From the human T2T-CHM13v2.0 reference genome, Homo sapiens, in NCBI RefSeq assembly GCF_009914755.1, contig NC_060930.1: a stretch of 64,000 bases of DNA. One strand, 5' to 3'. Under the pieces are notes generated by a model. It saw only the letters and a list, made by a program, of their open reading frames with translations, ran no database searches and was not told the DNA's origin. Below are positions 41,339 to 57,017 of this stretch, one piece after another. Made by a program: the position numbers and the translations under genes. Each line of letters begins with the position of its first letter. Positions within the stretch are counted from its first letter, which is position 1.

Positions 41339-42816
41339 TATTCGTGGTTCTTTATATTTACATATTAATCTTACAATCAGTTGTCAATTTATCCAAAAAA
41401 AAATTGAAGGTAATTTTCCTTGGAATTGCAGTGAATCTATAGATCAATTTGTGGAGAGTATACATCTTAACACTATTGAGTCTTTGGACTCTATATAGTT
41501 AAGTCTTCTTTAATTTCTCTAAACACTGTTTTGTAGCTTTCAGTGTACAGATAGATATTTTCCATGTTTTGCCATATTTATCCCTAAGTATTTAATTTTT
41601 TTGGATGTTATTTAAATTGATGTCATTCATTTTAAATTTCATTTTCAGATTGCTCATTGCTATCATATGCAATTAATTTTTGTATATTGATTTTGGATCC
41701 CACAATCTTGTTAAACCCACGTATTAATTCTAGTAACATTTTGTAGGTTCCATTGTAAGAAGAAAACCCTAAGTATTTTCTACTTAAACAGTGATACCAT
41801 CTGTGAATAAAAATAGTTTTACTTTTTCCTTCTCAATACGGATGGTTATATTTCTTTTCTATTGCCTTGTATATAGTAAGAAAAAGTATTACATTTTACA
41901 ATGTTGAATAGAGGTGGTGAAACAGACATCCTTACCCTTATCCTGATTTTGAAAACATTAAGTCTTTCACCATTAAATATAATGTTATCTGTACGTTTTT
42001 TTGTAGATGTCCTTCCTCAGGATGAAAAAGCTATCTTTTATTCCTAGTTTGCTGAGAGTTTTTATCAGGAATGGACATTAGATTTTGTCAAATGTTTTTT
42101 GGTGTCTACTGAGGCAACACTATTTCAGTTTCTCAAAATGGTAAATGACAATATTTGAATGTTAAACTTATCTTGTATTCCTGGGATTAAACACAACTTG
42201 ATCACGATTCTATTTATACATTGTCGGGTTCAATTTGCTAAAACTTTACTTAGGATTTTTTTGCACTTATGTCTATCAGAGACAGTGGTCTGCAGTTTTC
42301 TTTTCTTGTGTGTCTGATTTTGGTATTAGGGTAATGCTGTCTTGTAGACTGCATTGGAGAGTAGTCCCCTCTCTTCAATTTTCCGGAAGCACTTGAATAG
42401 AATTGATGTTATTTCTTAAATGTCTGGTAAATTTACCAGTAAAGTCACCTGGAGAATGAATCTTTTGGGGAGATGGTTTTTAACTAAACATTTATTTAAC
42501 AGATTTTTGGCTAGTCAAGTTACCTACTTTTATTTCTTGAATGAGTTTTGGTAGTTTTTATCTTTCAAGGAATTTGTCCAGTTTATCTAAGTTGTCAAGT
42601 TTATTGTCATAAAGTAGTTTATCTTTATAATATATGTAGATTCTGTATTTATATAATTCTTTCATTCATACTACTCATTCACACTATTGATCATTTGTGT
42701 CATTTCTCTTTTTTTCTGATCGACCTGGCTAGAACTTTCTCAATTTCATTTATCCATTCAAAGAAACAGCTTCAGGGTTCCTTAATTTTTCTATATTGTT
42801 TTTTTCTGTTTTCTAC

Positions 42817-43118
42817 TTTTATCTTCTTTAAGATGGAGTCTCACTCTATTGCCCAGGCTGGAGTGCAGTGGTGCAACGTCAGCTCACTGCAACCTTGACT
42901 TCTCAGGTTCAAGTGATTCTCATACATCAGCCTCTTGAGTAGCTGTGACTACAGGTCCCACCACAGTAGCCACCACAGCCGGCTAATTTTTGTATTTGTA
43001 GTAGAGACGGGGCTTCTCATGTTGGCCAGGCTGGTCTTGAACTTCCGAACTCAAGTGATCCACCCGCCTAGGCCTCCCAAAGTGCTGGGATTACAGGCAT
43101 GAGCCACCGCGCCTGGCC
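42817..43118 (-). mobile_element. AluS (Sz/Sx-like)
   Basis: Antisense Alu; TSD TGTTTTCT(A/G)CTT. Confidence 0.92.
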
Positions 43119-46100
43119 TGTTTTCTGCTTCTTTATTTCTGCTTTGATTTTTATTATTTCCTTTCTTCTATTTGCTTCGAGTTTAATGTGCTCTTTTTCT
43201 AGTTTTTTTTAAAGATGAAGCTGGAGTCATTCATTTGAGACGTTTCTTTTTTTCTAACATGGCACTTAGTGCTATAAATTTTCTTTTAAGCACTGCTTTA
43301 GTGCATCCCACAAATTTCAATGCATTATATATTAATTTCATTCAGTGCAAAATACTTTCTACTTTCCCTTTAGATTTGCCCTTTGACCCATTATATTACT
43401 TAGAGGTACACTATTTAATTTCCAATATTTATGGATTTTCTAGAGATATTTCTACTAATGATTTCTAATTAAATTCCATTGTCATTACGAAATGTACTTT
43501 ATAAGACTTGAATTCTTTTAAATGTATTGAGAATTGTCTTATGGCCCAAAATATGGTATAGTTTGGTAAATGTTCATATGCACTTGAAAAGAATGTTTAT
43601 TCTGCAGTCGTTGGGGGGAGTTTTCTATAAATGTTAATTAGATCAAGTTGGTTGATAGTGTTGTTTAAATTTTTTATATTTTACTGCTTGCCTGTCTAAT
43701 GATTTTATCAACCAGTGGCAGACAGGTATTGATATCTCAGACTATTTTGAAATAAATCCATCCAAAGACACTTAGATAATTGAGTAGCCAAATTAAAGAA
43801 GAAAACCACATCATTATATTTTTAAAGGAAAAATTTGGGGAATGGGGCATCAATTAACATAAAGGAATGAATCAGTAGGTGTAGAACTGAATGCATGGGA
43901 GGAGATCTTTGCTGATCCCTGAAGCAGTCGTTTAGGTAACCACCTATTGTACTTATGCATAAAGATAGGACCCTTCCATTAGTTCCCACTATGAATTTTC
44001 TAATGGAGGAAGTTGAGACGTATGAGATGAACCCACTTGAAAATGAAAAATTTGTCCGGGAATGACAATCTTTAGGGACACCCTTAGCTGCAATCACAAG
44101 CAGCAATACTGTAACGTCATTAACCTCATTCCTCTCATTCTACAAAAGGTAACTTTATCTGTGAACTGTGCATCCACACACTCACACAGATAAGAGGCCA
44201 TTAACAAAAGCATGAGTGTTGGCGGCCCCACCAACTCTATCTAACCCAGTTAGCACATTTTCTAGCATTTTTGTCATGAAGTCATTGGCAGTGTTAGTGT
44301 TCGAAAACTGCATGGCTCAGATGTTTCTAAACCCTTTTAATCCATGACAAAGGCCTCCCTTTATTGTTGTTTTGTTTTCCTTCGCTGCCCTACAGCATGG
44401 CAGCCAGTGTGCGCTCCTGATAAGCAGTGAGCCATGCAGATGCGGTTCAGTTTCCTTGTGCGCACCACCATGCAACCTGCCAAGGCCCCAGTGTGGAAGG
44501 CAGCATGGCTTCCCCTCCCCGCTCCCAGAGCCAATGCCAGTGGCACCCTGCACAATGGTTAGCCAGGAAGATAACTTCAGAAGAACACAAAATTAATTTT
44601 TTGTGACACAAGTGACGTTTACCATTAACTAATTTTGGAGATGCAGCATAGCTAATGTAAATAATTTCATTCTAATCCAAGTGAGATGAAAGCAGCAACC
44701 TTCCAACTTGGAGCATAAAGGAAAAGAAACTGCTACTATGATAATGGACGTTTAAGAGGTTACTTTCTTTCTCTTCCTGGCTTTTCATGGTAGGTATGAA
44801 GATAAGACTACACTGGTTCAGAAAACAATGCTGATACTTGCTGTTCTTGACAGAAAAGGCTCTTCTGTGTCCAGGGGAGCGTGACAAAGGAAACAAGAGA
44901 GGAGACTCTTTAAATGGTCGTCGCCAAAATAAACTGGATTGAGAACAAAATGTGTGAAGGAATTGACAGTCAGTTGAGTCTATGGCCTAAATGACTATCT
45001 TCACTACCAAGTTCAGAGGAAGGGCTAAATCAGTGCACACATGGATTCTAAGGGGACCCCTGGGCTTCTGGTAGCAAATGATGGGCCAGGGTAGAGTCAC
45101 GTTTGAGAGCAGCTATAAAATGGTTGGGACAGAGGAGTCAATGTACAGGGCAATTTAGAATCCAGTGGAGAAGGCCAGATGCCAGAAGAGCACTGAGAAT
45201 CAACTGGATTACAAGAGAGAGGCCTATTTCCTGGATTAGAGGCTAATAGCTACATCTGGATTTGAAGAATGAGAATCAGCGGAATCCATAATGACAGACC
45301 ACATGGAAGGTGGAGGTATGAGACAATATGAGATAGTGGAAGTCAAAGACCACTTGTTAAAAACCCACTCAGTGATGGCATGCATCTTTAAACTGCAATG
45401 CCAAATCCCTACCACCACCCCTGATTCTTAAAGGAACTAACAGGATTTTGAAAGCTACTTCAAATTCTGCATACGCTGCAGGTCAATATCCTCGAACAGT
45501 TCATGATAAGAGCTGCGTATCTAAACTTTCAGGGCCTTTTCCATTTTCTTCCTGGATTTTTCAAATGATCAAGAGACACTATCCTCCTATCTCAAGAAAC
45601 ATACAGTAAATTACAGAGAGCTAGAAAGGGTAGAATAATTATATCACAGAAATTGTATTTTTCTGACAATATGCTTTTAACAAAACAATTTTCATTCCAA
45701 GCTTCCCACCATCTTTTACCTTTCAACTCTGCCCATGCCACATCTTCCCTGGTACTTTCTACCCTCCAAATAGCAAGGGCAGAATGAGCTATCCCACCAT
45801 AGTACCCACATGAAAGCAGTCTCTTCCCAGCCTGGGAGGCGAGAGCCCGTTTTCCACCAAATGTCTAGCAGATGTCCCGGACTGAGATTCTGTCCATCTA
45901 TCAATCAGCTTTACAAAACGGTGTTATACAAATGATTGAGAGACACTTCCAATCTTCTTGGCATTCATTGATCACACTATGTCTCTCCTTCAGTTTGCTT
46001 CAGATTACTTCCTAATCCATCCCCCTCCTCATCTCAAACTGCTTCCTACAATTTCACATAAGCCTTGAGTTACATTTTTTAAAGTCCCTATAACCTGCCA

Positions 46101-46349
46101 CTTCCCTAAATCCACTGCCTATAACATCTTTTCTGAACCTGGGACAACACCCAGTGCGTACTCATACTCTCTCTAGTATAACTGGTTGTTCAGAGATTCT
46201 AACTAGAAAAATCTGTTTCTCCTCCTCCTACCAGCCATAAACCACACCCCTGCCATCTTTTAAGATCTAACTCAAATCACGTCTCTTGGCTTCCCCTGGT
46301 TATGCAAGTTAGTATCTAATACCTAAGCTCAGCTCTCTCAGGTCCATCT

Positions 46350-46455
46350 GTTCTTCCTTCCTTCTTCCCTTTCTCCTTCTTCTTTTCCTCCCTTCCTCCC
46401 TCCCTCTCTTTTTTCCCTTCTTTCTTCCCTTCTTCCCATTTCCTTTCCTTCCTTC
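46350..46455. repeat. Polypyrimidine (CTTC/CTTT) low-complexity tract
   Basis: About 100 nt almost purely C/T. Confidence 0.85.
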
Positions 46456-46830
46456 TAGCAAACAGTTAATGACCTCCCACTGTATACCAGGCACTCACTC
46501 TTTAAGGAACTGGGTTACAGGAGTAAACAAGACAGACAAGGTCTTGTTCTTACCAAGTTTACATTCTAGAGGGTGGAGACAGACAATAAACTATTAAATA
46601 AATAAACAGGAAAACTGTCGGATATGCGATAGTGACTGTATGGATAGTTAATGGGATGAGGAATGTTCAGTGGATACTTTAAATGGGTGGTAGGAAGGGC
46701 CTCTTTGAGGAGATGACATTTGAGTTATGATTGAAATGACTGAAGGCGGAATCCATGCTTCCTACTTGGAGGGAAGAGCATTCCAATGCGGGGAAATTTC
46801 CAGTGCAGGGGCCCTAAGATAAAGTCTAAT
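46456..46830. mobile_element. L2 fragment
   Basis: CCAGGCACT...AAACAAGACAGACAAGGTC...TTACATTCTAGAGG...GGCCTCTTTGAGGAGATGACATTTGAG. Confidence 0.75.
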
Positions 46831-47535
46831 TGGGAAAATATTATCTTTTACCTTATTGTGTCTATGCCATAACTACACGTGTTATAGGTAATGTAATATA
46901 TATTGCACATGTAATAAACATGTAATACTATGAGGGACCATCCACATTAATTATATGTTTACAAACTTTTTCTTCCCCAGTGGATTCTGTTCAGAGTGTG
47001 CAGTAAACTATTACCCAAACTAATAAGTTCTCGACCTACATTTGAAGATATTGACTAAGAATCAGATCCAAACCTCTCACATCTGAAAGGAAAAGTGACA
47101 AATTTCTGAATAATAGTACGTGAATTTATTCTATAGCTGCTCTCTGGACCAAATGATGCCTAAACCCAAGAGAGAAATTAATGCACAGTTCATCAAGATT
47201 TACACGTAAGCACACGCCTAACTCTTGACTTTTTCTCATTAACTTTTATGGTGCAAAGTTCTTTGAGCTGCTCCCTTTCACAGAATGACCCCATGTTCCC
47301 CATCATCCATTAACCAGCTTTCCCTAGCTCAGTTGAACACATCGTAAAATTATTTTCAGTAAGAAACCAGCTATACATTTTATGACTTATATAATAAAGA
47401 AACAAGAAAAATATGCACTTTATAAAATGATAATATGCTGTCATATGGAGCTTTTAAGTTAATGGGACATATAGGAAATGGTGTCGTTAACAAAAAGAAA
47501 AAAGAAAAAGAAAGTAATATATTATCATATCCTCA

Positions 47536-48225
<690 letters not shown>

Positions 48226-48404
48226 TCACAGCTGGTGCATCTCATTCCACTCTTCAGAAAATCAAGGGCAAAACTGGTTGTTAAGAAGCCTTGTGATTTT
48301 CATCTCCTGAGAATAGCTGAGAGTAACCAAGATATTGGAAAGCAGTGATAAAGCCTGGATTTGTTTTCAGTTTTTATTACAAACATTAAGCTACTGATTA
48401 CGGG

Positions 48405-48985
48405 GGAGGCAATGTTTTTTAGTAATAAAGGACACAGGTTCGGGAGCCAACATGCCTGAGTTCAAATGTCTCTGTTATTTACGAGGTAACTTTGGAGGTT
48501 ACTGCAATGTGCTGTTTTTCATTGTACCCATCTATAAAATGGGAATATTAGTAATATATAGCATACAGGATTGTTGTGAGGATAACTGAAGTTATTAATT
48601 AAAGTGCTTGGCCAGGTATGGTGGCTCACATCTGTAATGCCAACACTGTGGGACGCTGAGGTGGGAGGATCACTTAAGTCCAGGAGTTTGAGACCAGCCT
48701 GGGCAACACGGTGAAATCCTATCTCTACCCAAAAAAAAAAAAAAAAAAAAAATCGAAAATTAGGCAGGCCTGGTGGCACACACCTGTAGTTCCGGCTGCT
48801 TGGGAGGATAAGGTGGGAGGATCGATTGAGCCTCGGGAGTTCAAGGCTTCAGTGAGCCGTGATTGCACCACTGCACTCCAGCCTAGGTGACAGAGCAAGA
48901 CCTTGTCTCAAAAAAATAAAATAAAAAATAAAGTGCTTAAAGCCATACTCAACCAACAGTAAGTGCTGTACTTGGTAATTCTTCC
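48405..48985 (+). mobile_element. MIR split by an AluJ
   Basis: CCTGAGTTCAAAT...CATCTATAAAATGGGAATA...GGATTGTTGTGAGGAT...TAAAGTGCTT. Confidence 0.7.
48610..48930 (+). mobile_element. AluJ
   Basis: J-type arms; TSD TAAAGTGCTT. Confidence 0.93.
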
Positions 48986-49103
48986 CTAGTATCCTAACCT
49001 GAGAAAACTACTGGGAAGTCATCCCTGGTGTAAAACATTTAGGCCCTGATGGAGCCCCACCTCTCGGGAGACAGTTTATTCTATAGCAAGAAAGTCGCTG
49101 TGT

Positions 49104-49137
49104 GCACACGTGCACACACACACACACACACACACAT
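49104..49137. repeat. (CA)n microsatellite
   Basis: Direct reading. Confidence 0.9.
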
Positions 49138-49300
49138 ACGTAAACCATAACAGACCTAGTGGTGACACTTGCCACCTGAGAAAAAGTGGGCTTAGAATCA
49201 GAATATGGCTTAATTATCCTATGAGAAATGCTTCAGGAAAAACTGCACTGCTCATGAATCTTTAATGTATTAAAGTGGATCAGAAAAACCTATGCAGCAC

Positions 49301-49806
49301 TGTATTAGTCAGGGGTTTCCAGAGAAACAGAACGGATAGGACATATATAATTATTTATATAAGAAGAGACATAGGAATTGGCTCATGTGATTATGGAGGC
49401 CTAGAAGTCCCATAAAAATCTGCTGTCTGCACACTGAAGAACCGGAAAAGCCAATGGTATAATTCGGTCTAAGGCCTGAGAATCAGGGGCCAATGGTGTA
49501 AGTCCTGGTCTGAGTCTGAAAGCCTAAGAACCAGAAATGCTGATGTCTGAAGGTGGGAGAAGACATGTGTCTCAGCTCAAGCAGAGAGAGTGAATCCACC
49601 CTTTATCTTTTTGTTCTTTCCAGGGCCTCAAGGGATTGGATAAGGCCTACCCACATTGCTGAGGGTGGATCTTGTTACTCAGCCTACTAATGCAAATGCT
49701 TATCTCTTCTGGAAACATCCTCACAGATACACCCAGAAATTATGTTTAACCAGCTATCTGGGCATCCCTTGGTCCAGCCAAGTTGACACATGAAATTACC
49801 GATCAC
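49301..49806 (-). mobile_element. MLT2 (ERVL) solo LTR
   Basis: TGTATTAGTCAGGG...CAGAGAAACAGAAC...CCAAGTTGACACATGAAATTACCGATCACA; 5-bp TSD A(G/A)CAC. Confidence 0.88.
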
Positions 49807-50009
49807 AAACACTTTGTTGCTTCATTGCTTATCAAATAAAGCAACTCTTCTATTGTCTATTAATGTTAACTTCCAAGATGGTGAGTCAAGTGCTAGCTAG
49901 TCAACTCTGTCACAAGGACTTCAAAATAGTCTTGTAGACACATCAGAAGGAAGGCTGCCAATCATTTGTGGAGTGCTCCAGAAAAGTGAGGACTCTAATC
50001 ATACAACTT

Positions 50010-50178
50010 CAGAGCTGTCCCCACAGCAGTATCCCCTGGGGAGCTGGACAGATACTCCAAATCAGAGTTCATGCCAGGCAAATTAGGTCAGAACCTCTGT
50101 GAGTGGGGCCCAGGCATTGATGTGTTATTAAGACTCCCCTGATAATTCTGATACACAATGACATTGGACAACCACTGA
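50010..50178. mobile_element. MER5A-like MITE
   Basis: TCAGAACCTCTGTGAGTGGGGCCCAGGCATT...ATTCTGATACAC...ACAACCACTG. Confidence 0.65.
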
Positions 50179-50603
50179 ATGGACCAATGCTTTTACTTTG
50201 CAAATAGGGACACTGAGGCCAACAAAGTGATTTCCTAAGGCCATGGAGTAGGGGGGTGTGGCTCCTGAGTGGCAGAGCTAGGATTAGTCCAAGGCATTTT
50301 TCATCCAACCCAAGTGCCAATAATTCTCAAATGGTGGGGAGTGGGGGGAGGGAGCAGGGATTGCAGGAGATGGAGCATATCAGAATCATATGGAATTACT
50401 TTTCATAGAATCACACCAGCACCACCACTGCTGCCGTGTTCCACCTCCCACCCCTCAAGTTGTTTTAGGATCTGATATGACTCTAACACATTCCTGCTGC
50501 CCAGCAATAATTCCCAAACATCTGAACCATCGGACGTGTGCAGACCCTACCCCATCCTGAAGCTGCAGCCCAGAATCTTTACCATTAAAAAGTTCTTTAG
50601 CTC

Positions 50604-50907
<304 letters not shown>

Positions 50908-52890
50908 GTTCTTTAGCTAATTCTTACAATGAATTGGGGTTTGAGAAATACGGTGATGCACAGATGGTCAGTTATTGAGGTAGTAGCACATTATTCATGA
51001 TTAATAAAACTTAGGATAAGAATGGACAATGAGGAGGGTATTTTGAAGGAGGGGTTCTGGTGGGCTGACACAAGCACGCAGGGAGCAAAGGTCTATAACA
51101 GACATCTCAGCTCTTCCCAAGCCTGGGCAGAATTTTGTGTGACATCTTGCATTTCCCTTATTCTCAGGAGAACTAAACTGAAGTTAAGATACCTTAGTTT
51201 CCCCTTATTTGCTCTGTCTATGCAATCTTGATGTCTGTTTTATCTCCAATGTAATTAACAGTGAATAGAAGGGTGAACATGGATGTTTTTGAGTGGAGCC
51301 CCTGGTGTCAGGGGCTTTACAAATAGGGATAGCTGAGGCCAACAAAGTGATTTCCTCAAGGCCATGCAGGGGCTCCTGAGTGGCAGAGCCAGGATTAGTC
51401 CAAGGTTTTGGAAGAATCCCGACACACAAGTCTTTTCATGGATCAAGCAGGCCAGTACTGCATGTCATAGCTTATCTGGGTTCATAAGAGGAAAAAAGAA
51501 CACTAGCCGAGACCCTAAAAAGCACACACCATCAATGTGCCCTGTCTTAATCATGATCAGTTCTGCTTGTTAGGGGGCATTGATTGGGAGATGGTATATT
51601 TGCCTGAGGGTAGTGCTAAGCTTGGGGGCATGGTGAATGATTTTGTAATTGGGAAGGGATTTGCCATATAGAAGTTTGTGACTCAGGGTTGAGTCTTTTG
51701 GTAGCTCATGATGCAACCCAAATCCTAGGACACGTGGTCAATAATGTGCCTTATCTTAGGATTCTCCCAGCCAGACTTTTGCATAAGTTGTCTTTCTAGC
51801 AGTCAATTAACATGGTGAGATCTATTTCACCCACCGTGGCATCTCTCTAGAATAACTGAAAGGACTGGTGCAGCCACAGCTCGCTGCCCTCTACAATAAC
51901 TTTCTGTCTGTTGCTGGGGTGAGTGGGAGACTGCAGTCTGGATGGGGCTTTTCCCAGATAGTCACAGATTCCTGCTTCTCCAGGCAGCAGCCTTACGTTC
52001 GAAGCGTGCTGCAATATAAAAAATCAGGCTTTTGCTGAAAGCCTTCCTTTGTCTGCTTTCTAGCCTACTTTGCCATCCAAAAAGATTCCACAGAGTTGAT
52101 GTTTCCGCTCCTTTAATTCAGTGCTTGGGATGACACAGCCCCAGTCCAGCTGTCCACCCAGCAAAGGGGTGTGTGTAAATGTTGCCCAGTGTTCTCGGCC
52201 TCTTTTCTTTCTTTGGGTCGGAAGCAAGGCTGTCACACTGTATGTTGTTATTTAAGGGATATGCTGAGATGTTTCCTTTCTGTGGTGGCAAAGATCTTTT
52301 CAAGGGAGCCTCTTTATTCCTCTGACATTTCCACTCTTGAAAAGATGACCCAGTTCCCGCAGAATAACAAAGGATGCACACAGAGAAAACAGATTCCCCT
52401 GGAGGCCTGATAAACCCAGGTGAACTCTGGCCAACTGAGTTTCCCTCAGAGAGCTGGGCAAGCTGCCAGGAAGCTGAGGAAGATAGTCACATCTCAAAGA
52501 TAATATGGACAAATTAAGATCTGCTTAGCTTTGAGCTGTCTTTCAGAATTTCTCTTTGATATGAATCCATGTGAGGACATCTGGTCTACCAGTTGTCTCC
52601 TTTAAGGCCAAGTGGGGTTTCGTTGGGGCCTGAGGATTCATTGCTAAGCCTGAGTTCCTGAACCAGTGTGAATGAACCAGAGCAGCCCCCAAGGTTTCCA
52701 GGACTCAGATGAGCTCACATTCACCACAGGTGCTGGCCTCTGTAGAAATTACTAGTTGTAGAATCTGGGGAGGGCAAGGGCTCGGCGAATAAGGGACTAA
52801 GCACCATGTCCCGTGCAACTCAAAAACTTCAAATATTACAATTATCGATCTAATTTGCTCGGAAAATTCCAAATAGAAGTTGGTTCCTTT

Positions 52891-53322
52891 CAACCCAAAT
52901 GTCCATCAATGATAGACTAGATAAAGAAAATGTGGCACATATACACCATGGAATACTATGCTGCCATAAAAAAGAATGAGTTCATGTCCTTTGCAGGGAC
53001 ATGGATGAAGCTAGAAACCATCATTCTCAGCAAACTAACACAGGAACAGAAAACCAAACACCACATGTTCTCACTCATAAGTGGGAGTTGAACAATGAGA
53101 ACACATGGACACAGGGAGGGGAACATCACACACTCCCTGTCGGGGGGTGGGGAACAAGGGGAGGGAGACCATTAGGACAAATACCTAATGCATGTTGGGC
53201 TTAAAACCTAGATGATGGGTTGATAGGCCCAGCAAACCACCATGGCACATGTATACCTATGTAACAAACCTGCACGTTCTGCACATGTATCCCAAAACTA
53301 AAAGCAAAAAAAAAAAAAAAAA
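52891..53322 (+). mobile_element. 5'-truncated L1PA (PA7/PA8-like) 3' end
   Basis: CAACCCAAATGTCCATCAATGATAGAC...GTAACAAACCTGCACGTTCTGCACATGTATCCC, poly-A, TSD AAGTT(G/A)GTTCCTTT. Confidence 0.93.
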
Positions 53323-53719
53323 GTTAGTTCCTTTATTGGGATCTCTTTGCCATTCTTCTCAGATATTTCCTATTTACCTTTTCCTTTTTTGACAACAGAA
53401 CTAGAGAAATGCTCAAGATCTAATTTCCTTCTCCTTGACTCTCCTCTTTTTAGGGTGCATCTAAATGATAAAGCTATAGCTGCTTTTGTGCCTGGCCTGT
53501 AATTTGCCTTTCCAAGGCCAAATGTTATCTGTTTGGTGGTGGTGTATACAGAGAAAAAAGGATTCTTTAGGAGATGTGTTCTTTTCATCAGATTCTGTGA
53601 TCAAAGAATGCCAATAAAGACAGACATTTGACTTTCGTAGTTTGTTCTGTATCTTCTCTTATACAATATTCCCTATTTTTTTACATTTTTGATCTAATGC
53701 ATTGCCTCTCTGTAGCCAT

Positions 53720-54160
53720 CTCTTTCTCATTTAGTCATTCAACAAATGGTTTCCATAGGTATTGCTCTAGGACTGGAAAAATAATAAAGCTCCCTGCCCT
53801 CTAGGAGGTGATGGTCAAGAGGGAGAGATGCACACAAGATCTTCACAACATCATTAGGAACAGAACCAAGTACTAGAAGAGAGACACGTACAAAGTACCT
53901 CAGGAGCAGAAGAAATGCAGCTTATTCTACCAAGGAAGAACTGGGGAAGTTTTACAAAGGAGGTCCTGTTTATACTTGGCCTTTAAGAATAAACAGGTCT
54001 TTGTTAAGTGGATAGTGTTGAGAGCAACTGAGGAAGAAAGAACAGCACATGCAGAGGTCAGTAATCAAAATGGCACGTGGGCTTCTGTAGAAACCGCTAG
54101 TGACTGAGTGAGATGTGAGGCTGTCAAGGTGAACTAGGGGCCTGCCTGCAGGAGGATGTT
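53720..54160. mobile_element. L2 fragment
   Basis: TCATTCAACAAAT...CCCTGCCCTCTAGGAG...GAACAGCACATGCAGAGG. Confidence 0.6.
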
Positions 54161-55104
54161 TAGAAAGATAATTCCAACGCCGTCACTGTCATCCTCATAT
54201 TCACTGCACAAATATGCACTGGGTACCACTATGTGTTAGGTGCTATTCCAGGTGACAGCAGTGCAGCACTGAGCAAAACTGGGCCAACTGTCCCATCTAC
54301 TCATTCATAGTCCCCAGGGGAAAGATAAAAGTGAAATCAGGATTTTAATCTGCTTGAACTTGAATTCCTTTTTTTTAAAATTATGGATATATTATACAGC
54401 AGGTCAGTAGCAGAGTAGTCAGAGCTAGAACTTGAACACTGTCCTAAGATTCAGCCCCTACTTCGCCTCTGTGAAATGCATGCTTAGTGGAAGGTAAATG
54501 TTCAGTGGCATCAAAGCTACTATGTGTCTGCAGTGAGCGCACATTGGCAACAATGATGGGAAAATGTGTTTTGTACACACAAACACATGTCTGTTTGCTT
54601 ACCCATACATGTCCATTCTGCACGAATAGCAGACTTGTGAGTGGGAGAGGCAGGTGTGGAGTGATGGCTATAGAGTCACGGTACATCATGAAACCACTCC
54701 AGAGCAGGTGCTAAACACTTGTGACCCTCATGTGCCCCAAGTGTCAAGAGAAGTCATCTCCAGACCCATGCCAGCTCCACAGTGATCAGGGACAGTCATG
54801 CCACCTCTGTCTTTCTTCCAGCATATCCATCACTCCGTTGGTTTTCTGAATGCCTAATGCATGTTCAGCTCTAAAGAGGAGACAAAAATTTATGTAATGC
54901 CTTCCACGTGCCATGATCATATGTCTACTTTCATCTGTGTCATCTGGTTTAAACCTCATAATAAACCTATGAGGTAGGCATTGCCATTCCCAAATTTCTT
55001 TTGAGTAAACTGAGGCTTAGAGAGGTTAACTTGCCCATGCCATGGAACTTATAAGCAGCCACCATTGCCAAGAAAGGTATATGGTTTAGAGGTTAAAGTC
55101 TGTA

Positions 55105-56227
<1,123 letters not shown>

Positions 56228-56229
56228 CA

Positions 56230-56738
<509 letters not shown>

Positions 56739-56964
56739 CATAACAGCTATCTTAATAAATGATGAAGCTGGGAGTCCCAGGCTCTCTATTACAGCACTTC
56801 CATAGGAAACCTTGGTGAGTTTCCATTTCCATTTTGTCAGCTTCACCCTCAATGTCAAAGAGGTGCTGCCAGTTCAAGGTCAAAGTCTAATGAACCATGA
56901 AAGAACAGCTTTCAAGTATGAGCCACCAGCTGGGATGCTTCTTGGGATGCTTCTTACCTATTGT

Positions 56965-56986
56965 TCTCTCTCTCTCTCTGTCTCTC

Positions 56987-57017
<31 letters not shown>
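56965..57017. repeat. (TC)n microsatellite
   Basis: Direct reading. Confidence 0.92.
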
